Virus record (IMG/VR): IMGVR_UViG_3300050120_000213
Location: 1-64,000 of that record
Direction: 5' to 3' (one strand)
Length of the DNA: 64,000 bases
Origin: a virus
The stretch's first letter is position 1. Each line of letters opens with the position of its first letter. A program made the translations under genes and the position numbers. Shown one piece after another: positions 26,461-36,529 of this stretch. The notes beneath the pieces are model-generated. The model was not told the DNA's origin. It saw only the letters and a program-made list of their open reading frames with translations, and did not search any database.

Positions 26461-26832
26461 TCAATCCCCGGTGAGTTCGTCAAAGGCGCTACGGGGTAGC
26501 ATAACCCAATCTTCCTTGATACCCCGTAACTTTCCTGCCGAATCAACAAAACTCACCGTCAGTAAGGGTTTGGCCCCTTGGCTAAGTGCTTCCGCCGTGA
26601 TTTTGGTCAGCCACCCTAAGTCTACCTTCAGGGTATCACCAGTAGTCGATTTAGCCTCCGCCAAAAACTTGGTGTTTCGCGCCAATTTAAAGTCGCCTTT
26701 GGCCGACGCTAGTGCCCCGCTGGCCGGTTGCAGACGCCCACCCATAGCCTTGGATAGACGCTTCTCCGAAGCCCGCCCTGAGTCGCCTATATTCGCGCCC
26801 TCTATCCGCTTCATGAATGGGTTATTGGGCAT
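26461..26832 (-). CDS. Small PD-(D/E)xK nuclease (Hjc-like resolvase)
   Basis: G-x2-SE, SGA...KGD...EAKST. Confidence 0.7.
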   Translation of the reverse strand: MPNNPFMKRIEGANIGDSGRASEKRLSKAMGGRLQPASGALASAKGDFKLARNTKFLAEAKSTTGDTLKVDLGWLTKITAEALSQGAKPLLTVSFVDSAGKLRGIKEDWVMLPRSAFDELTGD

Positions 26833-28048
26833 CAGCTTGTTCTTCTTCCGACAACGAGGTTTTTTCGCTATGATCAAGTACCATCTTTTGCCCTGCATAG
26901 AGGGCAATCACTTGCGCCTGTAATTGCATGGCAAATTCCTTCTCAGCGGCGTAAGTGTCCCCGATGGTGGACAAGGTGCCGTAAGTCTTGCCATCCAGCA
27001 CCCAGCCCGTACCCTTCTGGGCTTTTACTAATTTCCCTGCCGCTTGTAGTTCATTCTTAACCAGCGTCCAGCTATCGCTTTCACCACACGACAAATCACC
27101 ATGCTCAACCAGGGCCATGTCGTAATTGAAGTTGGCGCGGATAATGCCCACTTTAGCTTTCTTGATTACCGCCACGGTTTCCTTCAGCATGGGGACATCG
27201 GGGCCGCATTCCTTAATATATTTCGGCTTACCGTAAACTCGTACCGTCAGGGAAGACAAGAATTTCATTGTCTGCCCCCCTGGCATCGTTTCAGGGTCGC
27301 CAAACATAACGCCAATTTTCATTCGGGTTTGATTGACGAAAATTACAGCCGGGTCGTGGTCCCGCTTGGCTTCTTCTGACAAAGCAATCGTCACCTTGTT
27401 GCACAGCCGCTTAACTAAAATTGAGGCTGTACCCACATCGAACTTTTCGACAGATTGCTCAACTTCTTTGCTCGATACCACCATCGCCAATGAGTCCACT
27501 ACAATCAACGCCACATCATCAGCGTGAATTAGCCCATCGATAATATCGACCGCTTCTTCGCCATAGCCGGGTTTAACTACCACCAGCCGGTCAACATCTA
27601 CTCCCATACGGGCTGCCCACTTCGGATCGAAAGTGTGCTCAAGGTCGACCCAAATAACCACATTACATTCTTCTGGGCCTTTCTGCGCGGTGGCTGCCGC
27701 CAGATAGCACATATTTGATTTACCCGACGATTCGGGGCCGTAAATAATCGAGTACCTCCCACGTGGAAAACCACCCCCGGTTGCAAAATCAAACTCAAAT
27801 AGCCCCGTGGCAATCCGCCGAACATCTGGCACTTGATTGCCCATAATAATGGTCTTTTCCCCTTTGGCTTTCTTAATAGCCGCGATCACCGCCGCCACCT
27901 CAGAGCCCTTCTTCTTTATCACTACTGTCTCTGCCACCACGGCTTTGACAGGGGCGGGCTTAGCCACCGCAGGGGCAGTAGGCGCTGCTGGGGTCTTGAG
28001 TGAGGGTGACCCCGTGGTCGCTGCGTGATTAGCTATTTGGACGGCCAT
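26822..28048 (-). CDS. recA: RecA-like recombinase
   Basis: GGFPRGR, YGPESSGKS, DLEH-x-FDP, IVVDS, FVNQ-x-R-x-KIGVMFGDPET-x-PGG. Confidence 0.92.
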   Translation of the reverse strand: MAVQIANHAATTGSPSLKTPAAPTAPAVAKPAPVKAVVAETVVIKKKGSEVAAVIAAIKKAKGEKTIIMGNQVPDVRRIATGLFEFDFATGGGFPRGRYSIIYGPESSGKSNMCYLAAATAQKGPEECNVVIWVDLEHTFDPKWAARMGVDVDRLVVVKPGYGEEAVDIIDGLIHADDVALIVVDSLAMVVSSKEVEQSVEKFDVGTASILVKRLCNKVTIALSEEAKRDHDPAVIFVNQTRMKIGVMFGDPETMPGGQTMKFLSSLTVRVYGKPKYIKECGPDVPMLKETVAVIKKAKVGIIRANFNYDMALVEHGDLSCGESDSWTLVKNELQAAGKLVKAQKGTGWVLDGKTYGTLSTIGDTYAAEKEFAMQLQAQVIALYAGQKMVLDHSEKTSLSEEEQADAQ

Positions 28049-28049
28049 A

Positions 28050-28415
28050 TCAATTTTGTCCTTTGGCGTCTTTGACTGCTTTCTGAATGCGCTCTGACAC
28101 CCAATCAGATGCCCAATCATAAGCCTCCGTCAATTCTTCCTTGGTGCAAGGCACGGTCAGGCGCACATCGATTCGTGCACTCTCATAGTTGCCCAGGTTG
28201 ATCGTCATCCCGCCGCCGACTTCTACCTTGTGCAACTCTTTGGTTGCCACCACCAAGCCCTTGCTCAGTTGCTCGTCTACCGACGACATCAGTTTTTCTT
28301 CTTTCACCCCTGCCCCCTTGCTGGTCACTTTCGTGGTGGTAGTTGTCGCATTGACTGCCGTGCTCGACAAATGTTCGGCGTAGGGGTTTGGTTTGTTCTT
28401 AATACTGATTGCCAT
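28050..28415 (-). CDS. Hypothetical phage protein
   Basis: TINLGNYESARIDV motif. Confidence 0.7.
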   Translation of the reverse strand: MAISIKNKPNPYAEHLSSTAVNATTTTTKVTSKGAGVKEEKLMSSVDEQLSKGLVVATKELHKVEVGGGMTINLGNYESARIDVRLTVPCTKEELTEAYDWASDWVSERIQKAVKDAKGQN

Positions 28416-28417
28416 GA

Positions 28418-28837
28418 TTAGCCCCACTCTGCGTAGATTTGCTTAACGATAATTTGGAGTTCAGCGCGTTGAACTGCGCTAAGCCGTTTGATGCTGTTGC
28501 TGTCTAGGTAGTGCTGAATACGGGCCAACAATCGCACTTGGGCTTCGGTGAACCACAACTCCCAGTGATCAAACTTATTCGGCTCGGGGAAGTACTCCAT
28601 TTTTCGCCAGTTACGCAGCGTCCAAATCGTCACCCCTAATTCTTCCGCCGCCGCCACAAGACTGACGTTGTAACCAGGGGGCTTGGGGTTTTGTTTGCGT
28701 CGGTCATCACGGGCCTTGCGTGCCGATGCCAGCACCCGGGCCTTATACTTGGGATCGTTTTGGTAGCGCTTACGCCGTTGGGAGTTGAAATCTTCCTTAT
28801 GGGTCTTGTACCACTTATCAAACGCTTCGTTAGCCAT
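28418..28837 (-). CDS. MerR-type HTH DNA-binding protein
   Basis: AAEELGVTIWTLRNW...FPEP...FTEAQV; ATG 28837 in TAATG overlap behind GGAGG. Confidence 0.7.
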   Translation of the reverse strand: MANEAFDKWYKTHKEDFNSQRRKRYQNDPKYKARVLASARKARDDRRKQNPKPPGYNVSLVAAAEELGVTIWTLRNWRKMEYFPEPNKFDHWELWFTEAQVRLLARIQHYLDSNSIKRLSAVQRAELQIIVKQIYAEWG

Positions 28838-29337
28838 TACAACCACCTCCAAATGCGCCCTGTATTTATATCTGAAACTGTCATTTGGTGAATTCCGAAT
28901 AAACTCGCTATCTTTGTCTGTGGTATTTTTTGTCTTAGTAGCTCTCGTATTTCTAATACTTGAGATTCTTTGAGTTTGCACTGGGAATTTTTCTTCCCAC
29001 GGGTGGAATTTCCATTCCTAACCATATCGGACCCATTCTCTTTTGAAGTGCCATAGCGCAAATTACTTAAACAATCATTACTACCAATGTCATCCCAATG
29101 TAAGACCATCCTACCTTCTGCAGGGCCTAAGAAGGCTTCAGCTACCAACTTATACGGGTAGCGTTTGTAGCCTACCCCGTTAACAAAAAGTCGAACAAAT
29201 TTACGACCATTTCCATTATCTTGCGGGGTTAAAATATTTCCACCTAGACGCACCACTTTCGTGGATCTAACCCTACCTAGGCTAGAAATTTGATAGCGTC
29301 CTTCAAAACCAACAACAGGCTTCCATAATTCAATCAT
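28837..29337 (-). CDS. NUMOD4-HNH homing endonuclease
   Basis: WKPVVGFEGRYQISSLGRVRS; VLHWDD-x3-N-x3-NLRYGT. Confidence 0.88.
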   Translation of the reverse strand: MIELWKPVVGFEGRYQISSLGRVRSTKVVRLGGNILTPQDNGNGRKFVRLFVNGVGYKRYPYKLVAEAFLGPAEGRMVLHWDDIGSNDCLSNLRYGTSKENGSDMVRNGNSTRGKKNSQCKLKESQVLEIRELLRQKIPQTKIASLFGIHQMTVSDINTGRIWRWL

Positions 29338-30671
29338 TTTAACCTCACAATCTCCGCACCGACCCCGTAGTACTGAGTTAAGCGTGACATGTGGAACCCA
29401 GCGTATATCTTATCCCAGTCCACTAAATCAAGAGCAACTGGCTGTTTCTTTCCTTCCATCGCCCTCAATATTCTACCCAGTGATTGCCTTATATCCGACC
29501 TGGGAGTAGCAAAAACTAGAGAATTCCAATGCGGGACATTTGTTCCGGTTGAAACCATAGCATACGTCGCCAGCACCACCTTGGCTTTCTTAGTGGTTTC
29601 GTACTCGTGCTTCTTCATGCCGCCAATGTAGTAGCCAATTTGCTCCCCAGGCACGCCATTTTCAGTCAGCAGCAGAAACAACCGCTTGAGGTGATTATCG
29701 ATCAGGTCGCTGAGAACGAGGGTAGTCCGACCGGCTTTATAAGCCGCCTGGACAAACTCCACTATCTGCATGTTGCGGGAGTTGCTGGCACACATAGCGC
29801 GGGTAACCAGCGTCATATTGCCGGGGGTGTAGGGTATCGGCGTTTCTATCAAATCACCATTCAGATACTGCTTACGCCGTGGGATTTTCCAGCCGGTCTG
29901 CTTGACCAGAATCTTTGGGGTCATTGGCACCATTACACCGTGAATCAGCACGGGGCCAATGTTGCAGGTCACGATCTTCCACTTACCATCTTTGCGGTCG
30001 GTGGTGGCCGAGAAACCCAAGCGGTACTTAGCTGGAAATAACTTGAATACCACCGAGAAAAAATCGGGGGCCATCTGATGGACTTCATCCACGATCAAGA
30101 GGCCAAAATGTCGAAACATCTCTGGGGGGTAGCGATCCGGGATACACACGCTATGCGCCATCCCAATCACAATGCGCTTACCCTGCCAGTCACAAGTGTC
30201 TTGTTGTACTTTACCTACCAGATGCGGGGGCACGCCCAGTACATTAACGATAGCGTCGTACCAACTGTCCATCAGGTCAGTTTTATTGACAATAATCATT
30301 GTCGGCTGACCCAATGCACAGGCAATCACTCCGCCCGCTATCGACTTACCCCAGCCCGTGGGGGCATTAAAAATGTGGTTCTGCCCACTTTTTAATAACT
30401 CCAAGGATTTAAACGGTAGGATCTCTTGTTCTTTGTGCCGGGGGACAAAATTGCAATTGATTGCAACGGGGGGATAAGACTTCCGGTAGTCTACTTTCCC
30501 CAGGGGGACGCATTCACGTGGCACATACAAATTCCCGCCATCCCGGTACGACATATTCACGGGGTCGCCATACTTACTTATGAACTTGAATTCTTTTTCC
30601 AGCGTCGCACTCCACGGGTACGCTGCCATGGCTGCGGTAAATTCAGGTTGGGTATTTACGAGATAAACCAC
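29334..30671 (-). CDS. Superfamily 2 DNA helicase
   Basis: APTGWGKS, IVDEVH, GFSAT, QSLGRILR. Confidence 0.88.
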   Translation of the reverse strand: MVYLVNTQPEFTAAMAAYPWSATLEKEFKFISKYGDPVNMSYRDGGNLYVPRECVPLGKVDYRKSYPPVAINCNFVPRHKEQEILPFKSLELLKSGQNHIFNAPTGWGKSIAGGVIACALGQPTMIIVNKTDLMDSWYDAIVNVLGVPPHLVGKVQQDTCDWQGKRIVIGMAHSVCIPDRYPPEMFRHFGLLIVDEVHQMAPDFFSVVFKLFPAKYRLGFSATTDRKDGKWKIVTCNIGPVLIHGVMVPMTPKILVKQTGWKIPRRKQYLNGDLIETPIPYTPGNMTLVTRAMCASNSRNMQIVEFVQAAYKAGRTTLVLSDLIDNHLKRLFLLLTENGVPGEQIGYYIGGMKKHEYETTKKAKVVLATYAMVSTGTNVPHWNSLVFATPRSDIRQSLGRILRAMEGKKQPVALDLVDWDKIYAGFHMSRLTQYYGVGAEIVRLK

Positions 30672-30804
30672 ATGCACTCCATTGAAGGTAAAGGGGGCTG
30701 GGCGGTGTCGAATCTATTTAAGCACACACCCACTCGACTTAGGTGCTGAACCCATCGCGGGCAGTTACGCCCACGATGTCTGCTCTATTGCCCAGCCCTT
30801 GATC

Positions 30805-31572
30805 TTACAACTCGGCTGAGTAATCCGTAGCCGTACCTTGACTTGCTGCAGCCGGGGTGCTGTAGCCGCTGACGTTAGGGCTACCCAGGCCCATCTTGGT
30901 CAATTCTTCGCCCGTGCGGAATACGATTTCCACCTCGTAATTGGCTGGGACGAAAATCGACTTGCTGGACTTGACGTTGGTTTTCGGATCAGTGTACTCG
31001 CGCATGTATTGCTGCACCAATTCTTCCACCGGGGTCTTCTTCACGAAGTCAAACATCGACCCGACTGCCGGTGATTTATCGCCGCTCCGCGTCACATCGA
31101 AGGTTGCCCCCGCCAGCCCGCCGCGCTTAATGGCGATCTTGTTCAAGATCTCCATGGTGCCTTTCTTGGCAACGAACAACTTTTGAGTGTCCTTGTACTT
31201 CTTGGACGGATCTTTAACCCCCGTGAATTCGCGGTGATCGATAATGGTGAACAGCGATACCAAGGTCGGGTTATCGCCACTCGCACAAATCGGGCAAGTG
31301 TCATTCAGGTGTGGCGTGGTCTTTTGCGGGCAGACAAACGTATTACCCCAACGGCCATTCAGGTACAAATTATGCTCATAATACCGGGGCGGGACCAAAA
31401 ACCCGTCTTTGGACAACTCGCCGTCCACAAAGGTGACTGCAGCTTCCTCACCTTCCTTGATGAAGAACCGGAACATCTTGCCCTGTTCTTCTTTACGTAA
31501 TTCGGCTTCAACTTGTTCTTGCTTAGCGATAGCGGCAGAATCAGCGCCTTGTTTGAGCCAACTGACGGACAT
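30805..31572 (-). CDS. Single-stranded DNA-binding protein (gp32-like, Zn-binding)
   Basis: EH...C...CPIC, aromatic-rich, position in replication cluster. Confidence 0.65.
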   Translation of the reverse strand: MSVSWLKQGADSAAIAKQEQVEAELRKEEQGKMFRFFIKEGEEAAVTFVDGELSKDGFLVPPRYYEHNLYLNGRWGNTFVCPQKTTPHLNDTCPICASGDNPTLVSLFTIIDHREFTGVKDPSKKYKDTQKLFVAKKGTMEILNKIAIKRGGLAGATFDVTRSGDKSPAVGSMFDFVKKTPVEELVQQYMREYTDPKTNVKSSKSIFVPANYEVEIVFRTGEELTKMGLGSPNVSGYSTPAAASQGTATDYSAEL

Positions 31573-31636
31573 GGTGGACCCCTGAGTAATAATGTGGACT
31601 AAACCACGGTTGAGTACCTCATACGGTACTGCTTCT

Positions 31637-31664
31637 ATAGTATAGCAACGGGGGAATTTGTCAA
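31637..31664 (-). promoter_or_regulatory. sigma70-type promoter TTGACA-N16-TACTAT
   Basis: Hexamers upstream of the SSB gene. Confidence 0.6.
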
Positions 31665-31670
31665 ATGGAA

Positions 31671-32669
31671 TTAATCGAACAACGCGGTAATTTGATCGTA
31701 CAAATACGCGGAGCAGGCTTCGTCTGCGTCCTTGACGGTATCGGGCAGACGCAAGACTTTGAGGGGGTGGGAGTGTTTGTCGTGAAACGCCCGATACTTA
31801 GTGATACTAGCTTCTCCCGTGGCGTCATTATCGGGAATGAGTATCGTGCCTTCGGCTTGCAAAAGCTTATTCAGCTTAACTAACGAGGGCTTGGCCGTCA
31901 GGTTCGCCACAACTTTGGGCCACATTTCCGCCACACGCATACAATCCATCTGCCCTTCTACCACCACGACCCAGCCGGGTAGCTGCAGAGCTTCTTCGTT
32001 GAACCAAACTAATGATGCGTTATTGATGCCATTCCATGTGTAATCATAGTGGCTCTTGCTAGTAATGGACCGGCCACGCATTCCGGCAAGGCGGCCATAA
32101 GCATCACGATATGGGAATACAACCATCCCTTTGCCGTGGTCGTATCTAAGATCAAAATTGTGTGCCGATTTAGGCGTATGCCCACGACAACTTTGCCCAA
32201 ACTCGTTGTGGTGTTCCCGGTCACTAAGTAAGTACTCGTTCGCCAAGAAGACATTGGTGGCCTTTACAAAAGAGGACAGATATTCTTCGGGCCAAGGCTT
32301 AAACGTCTTGGTGTCCACGTGTCCAAATTCTTGGTACTCGGGCAATTCCAGCATCACCAGTTCTTGACCGGCGAGGATCTCATGGGCTTGCTTGAAATTG
32401 TAGGCAGGGGCGTTGGGGGTTTGGCTGGCGTACAGTTCTAGGATCTGCAGTAGCTCGGCAGCGGTACCGCTACGGCAACTAAAACAATGAAAAAAGGGCT
32501 CGTCATGAACCCCTAATGCCAAGGCAAAAGACGGGTTAGCGTCCTTGTGGTTTTGATGCGTCCAAAACGCTAAAGGACAACTGCAGCGTAGCCACTTATT
32601 ATCAGCTTTTATATTTGAGCTTTTAACACCCAAGCACTCTAAAAATAATTTACTTTGTTCCGGAGTCAC
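31671..32669 (-). CDS. DNA primase (Zn finger plus TOPRIM)
   Basis: CP...H...D-x2-PSF...HCFSC; VVVEGQMD; PDND-x2-G. Confidence 0.85.
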   Translation of the reverse strand: MTPEQSKLFLECLGVKSSNIKADNKWLRCSCPLAFWTHQNHKDANPSFALALGVHDEPFFHCFSCRSGTAAELLQILELYASQTPNAPAYNFKQAHEILAGQELVMLELPEYQEFGHVDTKTFKPWPEEYLSSFVKATNVFLANEYLLSDREHHNEFGQSCRGHTPKSAHNFDLRYDHGKGMVVFPYRDAYGRLAGMRGRSITSKSHYDYTWNGINNASLVWFNEEALQLPGWVVVVEGQMDCMRVAEMWPKVVANLTAKPSLVKLNKLLQAEGTILIPDNDATGEASITKYRAFHDKHSHPLKVLRLPDTVKDADEACSAYLYDQITALFD

Positions 32670-33111
32670 GTATGAGCCTGTGTACGTAAGATTTTGAAAC
32701 GCCAGTTAAAGCAGCAATTTTTCTAGTTGTTAGACCTGTCTGACTAAGTTGTTTAATTTTATCTCTAAATGCATCAGCAATTGGGGTTGGCTGCACTCCG
32801 ACACGCTTATTTTCATTTTGTTCTTTAGGAGTGGCCCACCGGCAGTTACCCGGTTCGTAATTACCATCTTGGTTTGGGTAACGGTCTAATGACTTACCTT
32901 TAGGGCACTCGCCCATATCGGCATAGAAATTTTCAAATACCCACCACCGGTCACAAACTTTGACCCCTCTACCCCCGTAATGTACGTATTCTGGATCTTT
33001 CCTGTTATAACACCGTTGTTTCATTCTGGACCATCTACCATAAGTCTTAGACTGAATACCATCAGCGGTGCGTGTCATTCCATGGGTTCGATGTGCCATG
33101 TCTACATCCAA
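32650..33111 (-). CDS. HNH-family endonuclease-like protein with C-terminal HTH
   Basis: MKQRC, YGGRGVKVCDRW, GNYEPGNCRWAT. Confidence 0.75.
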   Translation of the reverse strand: MDVDMAHRTHGMTRTADGIQSKTYGRWSRMKQRCYNRKDPEYVHYGGRGVKVCDRWWVFENFYADMGECPKGKSLDRYPNQDGNYEPGNCRWATPKEQNENKRVGVQPTPIADAFRDKIKQLSQTGLTTRKIAALTGVSKSYVHRLIRDSGTK

Positions 33112-33359
33112 GTCTCGACTATCACGGGGTCATCGTCGGGGTGGCGGGGGAAATAGCTTAGGTCTGGGTAGTTAAATGCCAGCAACACCCGCAAACCCCC
33201 CAGCGTCTCGGCTTTCAGAATCACTTCAGTGGGCGCTCCGTTATCAAACCGGCGTGCCACGTAATCTTCGGGGAAGTCGCTGGGGCACTTGTACACCACC
33301 CACAGGTGGAGAATACGCCGCTGGTATTCTGCCACCACCTGTTTAAGATTGTCTTTCAA
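33102..33359 (-). CDS. Small hypothetical protein
   Basis: P-x-DFP-x2-YVAR...DDPVIVETW motif. Confidence 0.6.
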   Translation of the reverse strand: MKDNLKQVVAEYQRRILHLWVVYKCPSDFPEDYVARRFDNGAPTEVILKAETLGGLRVLLAFNYPDLSYFPRHPDDDPVIVETWM

Positions 33360-33688
33360 AAGTTGATATACTCCTGCGCCTTATCACCATTGGGACGCCT
33401 ACGGCCCGTGCTGGGGTGGCGGTGCCAGCCCTCGGGTTCGGTGTCGTCCTCGCCACTCCAGGCCATCAGCGCCCGCTTAGCCGTCGCGTAGTCACAGAAG
33501 CACCACCGGTCCCCATACCCACAGTTCGACAACTCGCTAAGGATCGCATAGGTAAAAGCGAACTTGTGAATACAGGCTTCTCCCCCACTAGGGAACTCGG
33601 TGTAATCGCTATAGCCCCAGTGTTCGCTGTACAACTCTTGCAGTTCCGGGTGGCGTAGCGTGCCTTCTACGGTAGCTTCTTCACTCAT
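33356..33688 (-). CDS. Small hypothetical protein
   Basis: DRWC...EPEGW-x-RHP-x-TGRRR motif. Confidence 0.65.
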   Translation of the reverse strand: MSEEATVEGTLRHPELQELYSEHWGYSDYTEFPSGGEACIHKFAFTYAILSELSNCGYGDRWCFCDYATAKRALMAWSGEDDTEPEGWHRHPSTGRRRPNGDKAQEYINF

Positions 33689-33712
33689 TTTGGCCTCGTG
33701 CGGTTAACGATA

Positions 33713-34585
33713 TCAATCTTCCGTCGAGACAGGATCGGTACCAAGTACGACGGCCTTCATCGTGCGGGCACCCGGCACCGTCGCCGTGAAGTGGCTCAGT
33801 TCATTTTCCGACAATAGCTTCTTCGCTTCGGTCAGCGTGATTGAAGCCACGACGTTAAATATTTCTTGGCCCACCGCCGCAATCAAACCGTTTTTATCGA
33901 CAATCTTAGTCGAATTGACTTGCGGAGAGAACTCCACATAGTTCTGGTGGGTGCCCCACAACTGCACCGATTTGTTCGAAGGGAAGTGGTCAGATTTTGC
34001 AATCAATTGCAATTTCTTCTTCAATTCCTCCTGGCGCTTGAGCAACGGTGTTACGTCCACCTTATTGAGTTCGCGCTGAATTTCCACGTACTCGTCTACC
34101 AACGTTAAAACCTCGCTGCTGGCTTCTTCGGTAGCAATCAGCGATTGTGGCTCTTGCTGCTGCGAGACCTGTGCAGGTGACAGTTCCTGCACTTGGCTGC
34201 CGCCCTGCTGAGCAGTTTGATGCAATTCGTCAATGACGGCGTGAGTAAACGTGTTGCCCTGGATCTTGACAGACACAATAGGCTTCTTTTTTACACCATC
34301 GGCATGGGTCACATGCATCACTGTACCGTCTACCCCATATAGAGTTTCAAACGAACTTGAAAGTGCCTGTATCGGCATCTTTGCGGTATCGCTAGGAATG
34401 GGAGCCACGGTTTGGTCTACTGCGACCTTAACTTTGGCTTCTACATCCTTTTTCATTTTTAGGAGATAGTCTGCATTTTGTTTTTCAAAAGCGGCATTTT
34501 CTGCAGGGGTAGAACTCGGTACCGGCTTATCAATCGTGGGTTCCACGACCTTCACCGGCTTACCTTTTACGAATGATAAAGCCAT
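33713..34585 (-). CDS. Hypothetical protein
   Basis: ATG 34585 behind AAGGAG; own promoter. Confidence 0.7.
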   Translation of the reverse strand: MALSFVKGKPVKVVEPTIDKPVPSSTPAENAAFEKQNADYLLKMKKDVEAKVKVAVDQTVAPIPSDTAKMPIQALSSSFETLYGVDGTVMHVTHADGVKKKPIVSVKIQGNTFTHAVIDELHQTAQQGGSQVQELSPAQVSQQQEPQSLIATEEASSEVLTLVDEYVEIQRELNKVDVTPLLKRQEELKKKLQLIAKSDHFPSNKSVQLWGTHQNYVEFSPQVNSTKIVDKNGLIAAVGQEIFNVVASITLTEAKKLLSENELSHFTATVPGARTMKAVVLGTDPVSTED

Positions 34586-34613
34586 TTTGCACACTCCTTG
34601 TGGTCCTGAATTG

Positions 34614-34641
34614 AGTATAGCACTAATATATGTACTGTCAA
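34614..34641 (-). promoter_or_regulatory. sigma70-type promoter TTGACA-N16-TATACT
   Basis: Consensus with TG extension. Confidence 0.85.
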
Positions 34642-34661
34642 ATATATATTGCTATAGATTG

Positions 34662-35954
34662 CTATAGAAATTCCTCAGACAGCTTATCGACGGGCTGTTC
34701 TTCCCCGTCTATGGTGATCTGGTTGAAATTCATATTCAGGAAGTTCCACTCAATCTCGAACTCCCCTACCTCGCCGCCCCGGCCCTTCAAGACCCGTATC
34801 CGTTTGCGGTTCATTGTCTCGACGCCATCCTCTTGAAAGAGGCCCAGCACGATACTACTAATCTGACCAATCGCATCCGAGTAACCGATGTCATCTAGGG
34901 TGCCACCCGCTGGCTCGCCCTTGGCCTTCTTCTTCGACGCCTCACGGTTAAACTGCCAGCTACTGAATGTCCCTACCTGAAGATCTTCACTAAAGCGCTT
35001 CATCAGTTCGCAATTTTCCGCAGCGCGGGTAAATCGATCTAACCGAGTGTTCTTGTGCCGTGCCAGATACGCACCATCAATGATAATCGATGCACATTTC
35101 AACTGGTCAGCCAGGGTGTACATATCTTCCACATCAGCGGCCAAATTGCCATTCACGATGTAGAGTTTCGGTCCAGGGCTATCGCTAGGGGCCGCAACAC
35201 TAAACATGGAACTGGCGAACTTATCGTAGGTCTTACTTGCGTAGGCCCCTTGTTTCAATTGGGTCAGGTTGGTCCCGGCAATCATTGCTGCTGCGCGTTG
35301 GGCCATCGGCAAATGGCTCATCTCCATACTGACCACCAATACGCTTTGCTGACGCACCCGCCAATTATGCAACGCGGTATATAACGATAAAAAGCTCTTG
35401 CCCGCTTGTGGCCGCCCAATAAAACTTGCTACGTCCCCTGGCATCACCCCACCCATCTTGTCCATGTACGGCCAGCCAAACTCACTGACATTCTCCAGGG
35501 AATGGATATTGTGATACGCCTGTAACAGCATCGGGCCTGCTTCCGCGCCAAAGTCCATAATCTTGGTGCGATAATTCTGCAAGGTAATCCGATTAATTGT
35601 CCCCCGCAAGATATTAACAGCCGGTTCCCAGGCATTTTGATCGGCCTTTAGTACCTTGGTGGATTCAACATTCGCGTAGTTGATCTGGCTGTAAAAATAT
35701 GCGTTCTCCAAAATCTGCACATAGTAGCTAGCAGGTTCCGGGGTGGGTGCATCCATAACTTCAGGAAACATCTGGGAAAGCGTCTCAATCTGAGGCAAAT
35801 TATGGTGCTTTCGGACATGCTCATCCACCCACTGAAACACTGGGAGTTCGTTAGGTTTGAATAGTGCTGGTGTTAGCTTTGCTCTAAACCATTCTATTGA
35901 TTGCTGTTGTTCGCATAGGCGACGGATCGCCTTAAGGCCGCTGTTATACGACAT
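34662..35954 (-). CDS. dnaB: DnaB-like replicative helicase
   Basis: GRPQAGKS, SMEM, IIIDG, QFNR, SDAIGQ, KGRGG. Confidence 0.88.
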   Translation of the reverse strand: MSYNSGLKAIRRLCEQQQSIEWFRAKLTPALFKPNELPVFQWVDEHVRKHHNLPQIETLSQMFPEVMDAPTPEPASYYVQILENAYFYSQINYANVESTKVLKADQNAWEPAVNILRGTINRITLQNYRTKIMDFGAEAGPMLLQAYHNIHSLENVSEFGWPYMDKMGGVMPGDVASFIGRPQAGKSFLSLYTALHNWRVRQQSVLVVSMEMSHLPMAQRAAAMIAGTNLTQLKQGAYASKTYDKFASSMFSVAAPSDSPGPKLYIVNGNLAADVEDMYTLADQLKCASIIIDGAYLARHKNTRLDRFTRAAENCELMKRFSEDLQVGTFSSWQFNREASKKKAKGEPAGGTLDDIGYSDAIGQISSIVLGLFQEDGVETMNRKRIRVLKGRGGEVGEFEIEWNFLNMNFNQITIDGEEQPVDKLSEEFL

Positions 35955-35974
35955 GTTCTTATTGCCCCGGTTTT

Positions 35975-36526
35975 TCAGGCTATGGTCTGAAAATGTTCTT
36001 TTATGTGTTCCGCAAACACTGGCCCATATGCAAGCTTCAGCCCCTCCAGGGACTCCACACACACCACCGTGGGCTTGTTAGCGGTTAACCGATTTAATAA
36101 AACGTCATATACCGACTGCACTTGCCATGCGGTCAGTTGTTTACCAAAGCTATTCAGATACAAGTTAGGTACCACTAATACGGTCGGCTCCATGGCTTCG
36201 ACAGGGTGACTGACTATGGTATTCAACGAGATCACCCGGGCATCAATAAAATTGCGAACCAATGTCCCGGCAATCGCCATGCACCGGGTTTCTGCGTGAT
36301 CAGCCCCGACGAGCGCCAGCCCGCCCAAGCCGTCTTTACGGCTGACATTAAAACTACGGACCCACTCAATTTCGCCGTCTTGGCAAAAACTTTTCATAGA
36401 ATGACGGATGAACGAAGCGGGGACATTGGCGATCTCGCAGACGCGTTCCATATCTGCAATGATTCGCCCATGCACCACTGGGTCTAACACCACCACCGGT
36501 GCGGTCGCTTTCACGGTCGCATTCAC
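35975..36526 (-). CDS. DnaC-like helicase loader (degenerate ATPase)
   Basis: Between initiator and helicase; R-x4-KPTVV sensor-like motif; Walker A eroded. Confidence 0.55.
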   Translation of the reverse strand: MNATVKATAPVVVLDPVVHGRIIADMERVCEIANVPASFIRHSMKSFCQDGEIEWVRSFNVSRKDGLGGLALVGADHAETRCMAIAGTLVRNFIDARVISLNTIVSHPVEAMEPTVLVVPNLYLNSFGKQLTAWQVQSVYDVLLNRLTANKPTVVCVESLEGLKLAYGPVFAEHIKEHFQTIA

Positions 36527-36529
36527 GAT

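Noticed and set aside
34649-34664. TTGCTATAGATTGCTA and GCAATCACTTGC (26904) as copies of the 14-bp motif
   Set aside because: Three mismatches each, so not counted, although the first occupies the same position relative to a -35 box as true copies.
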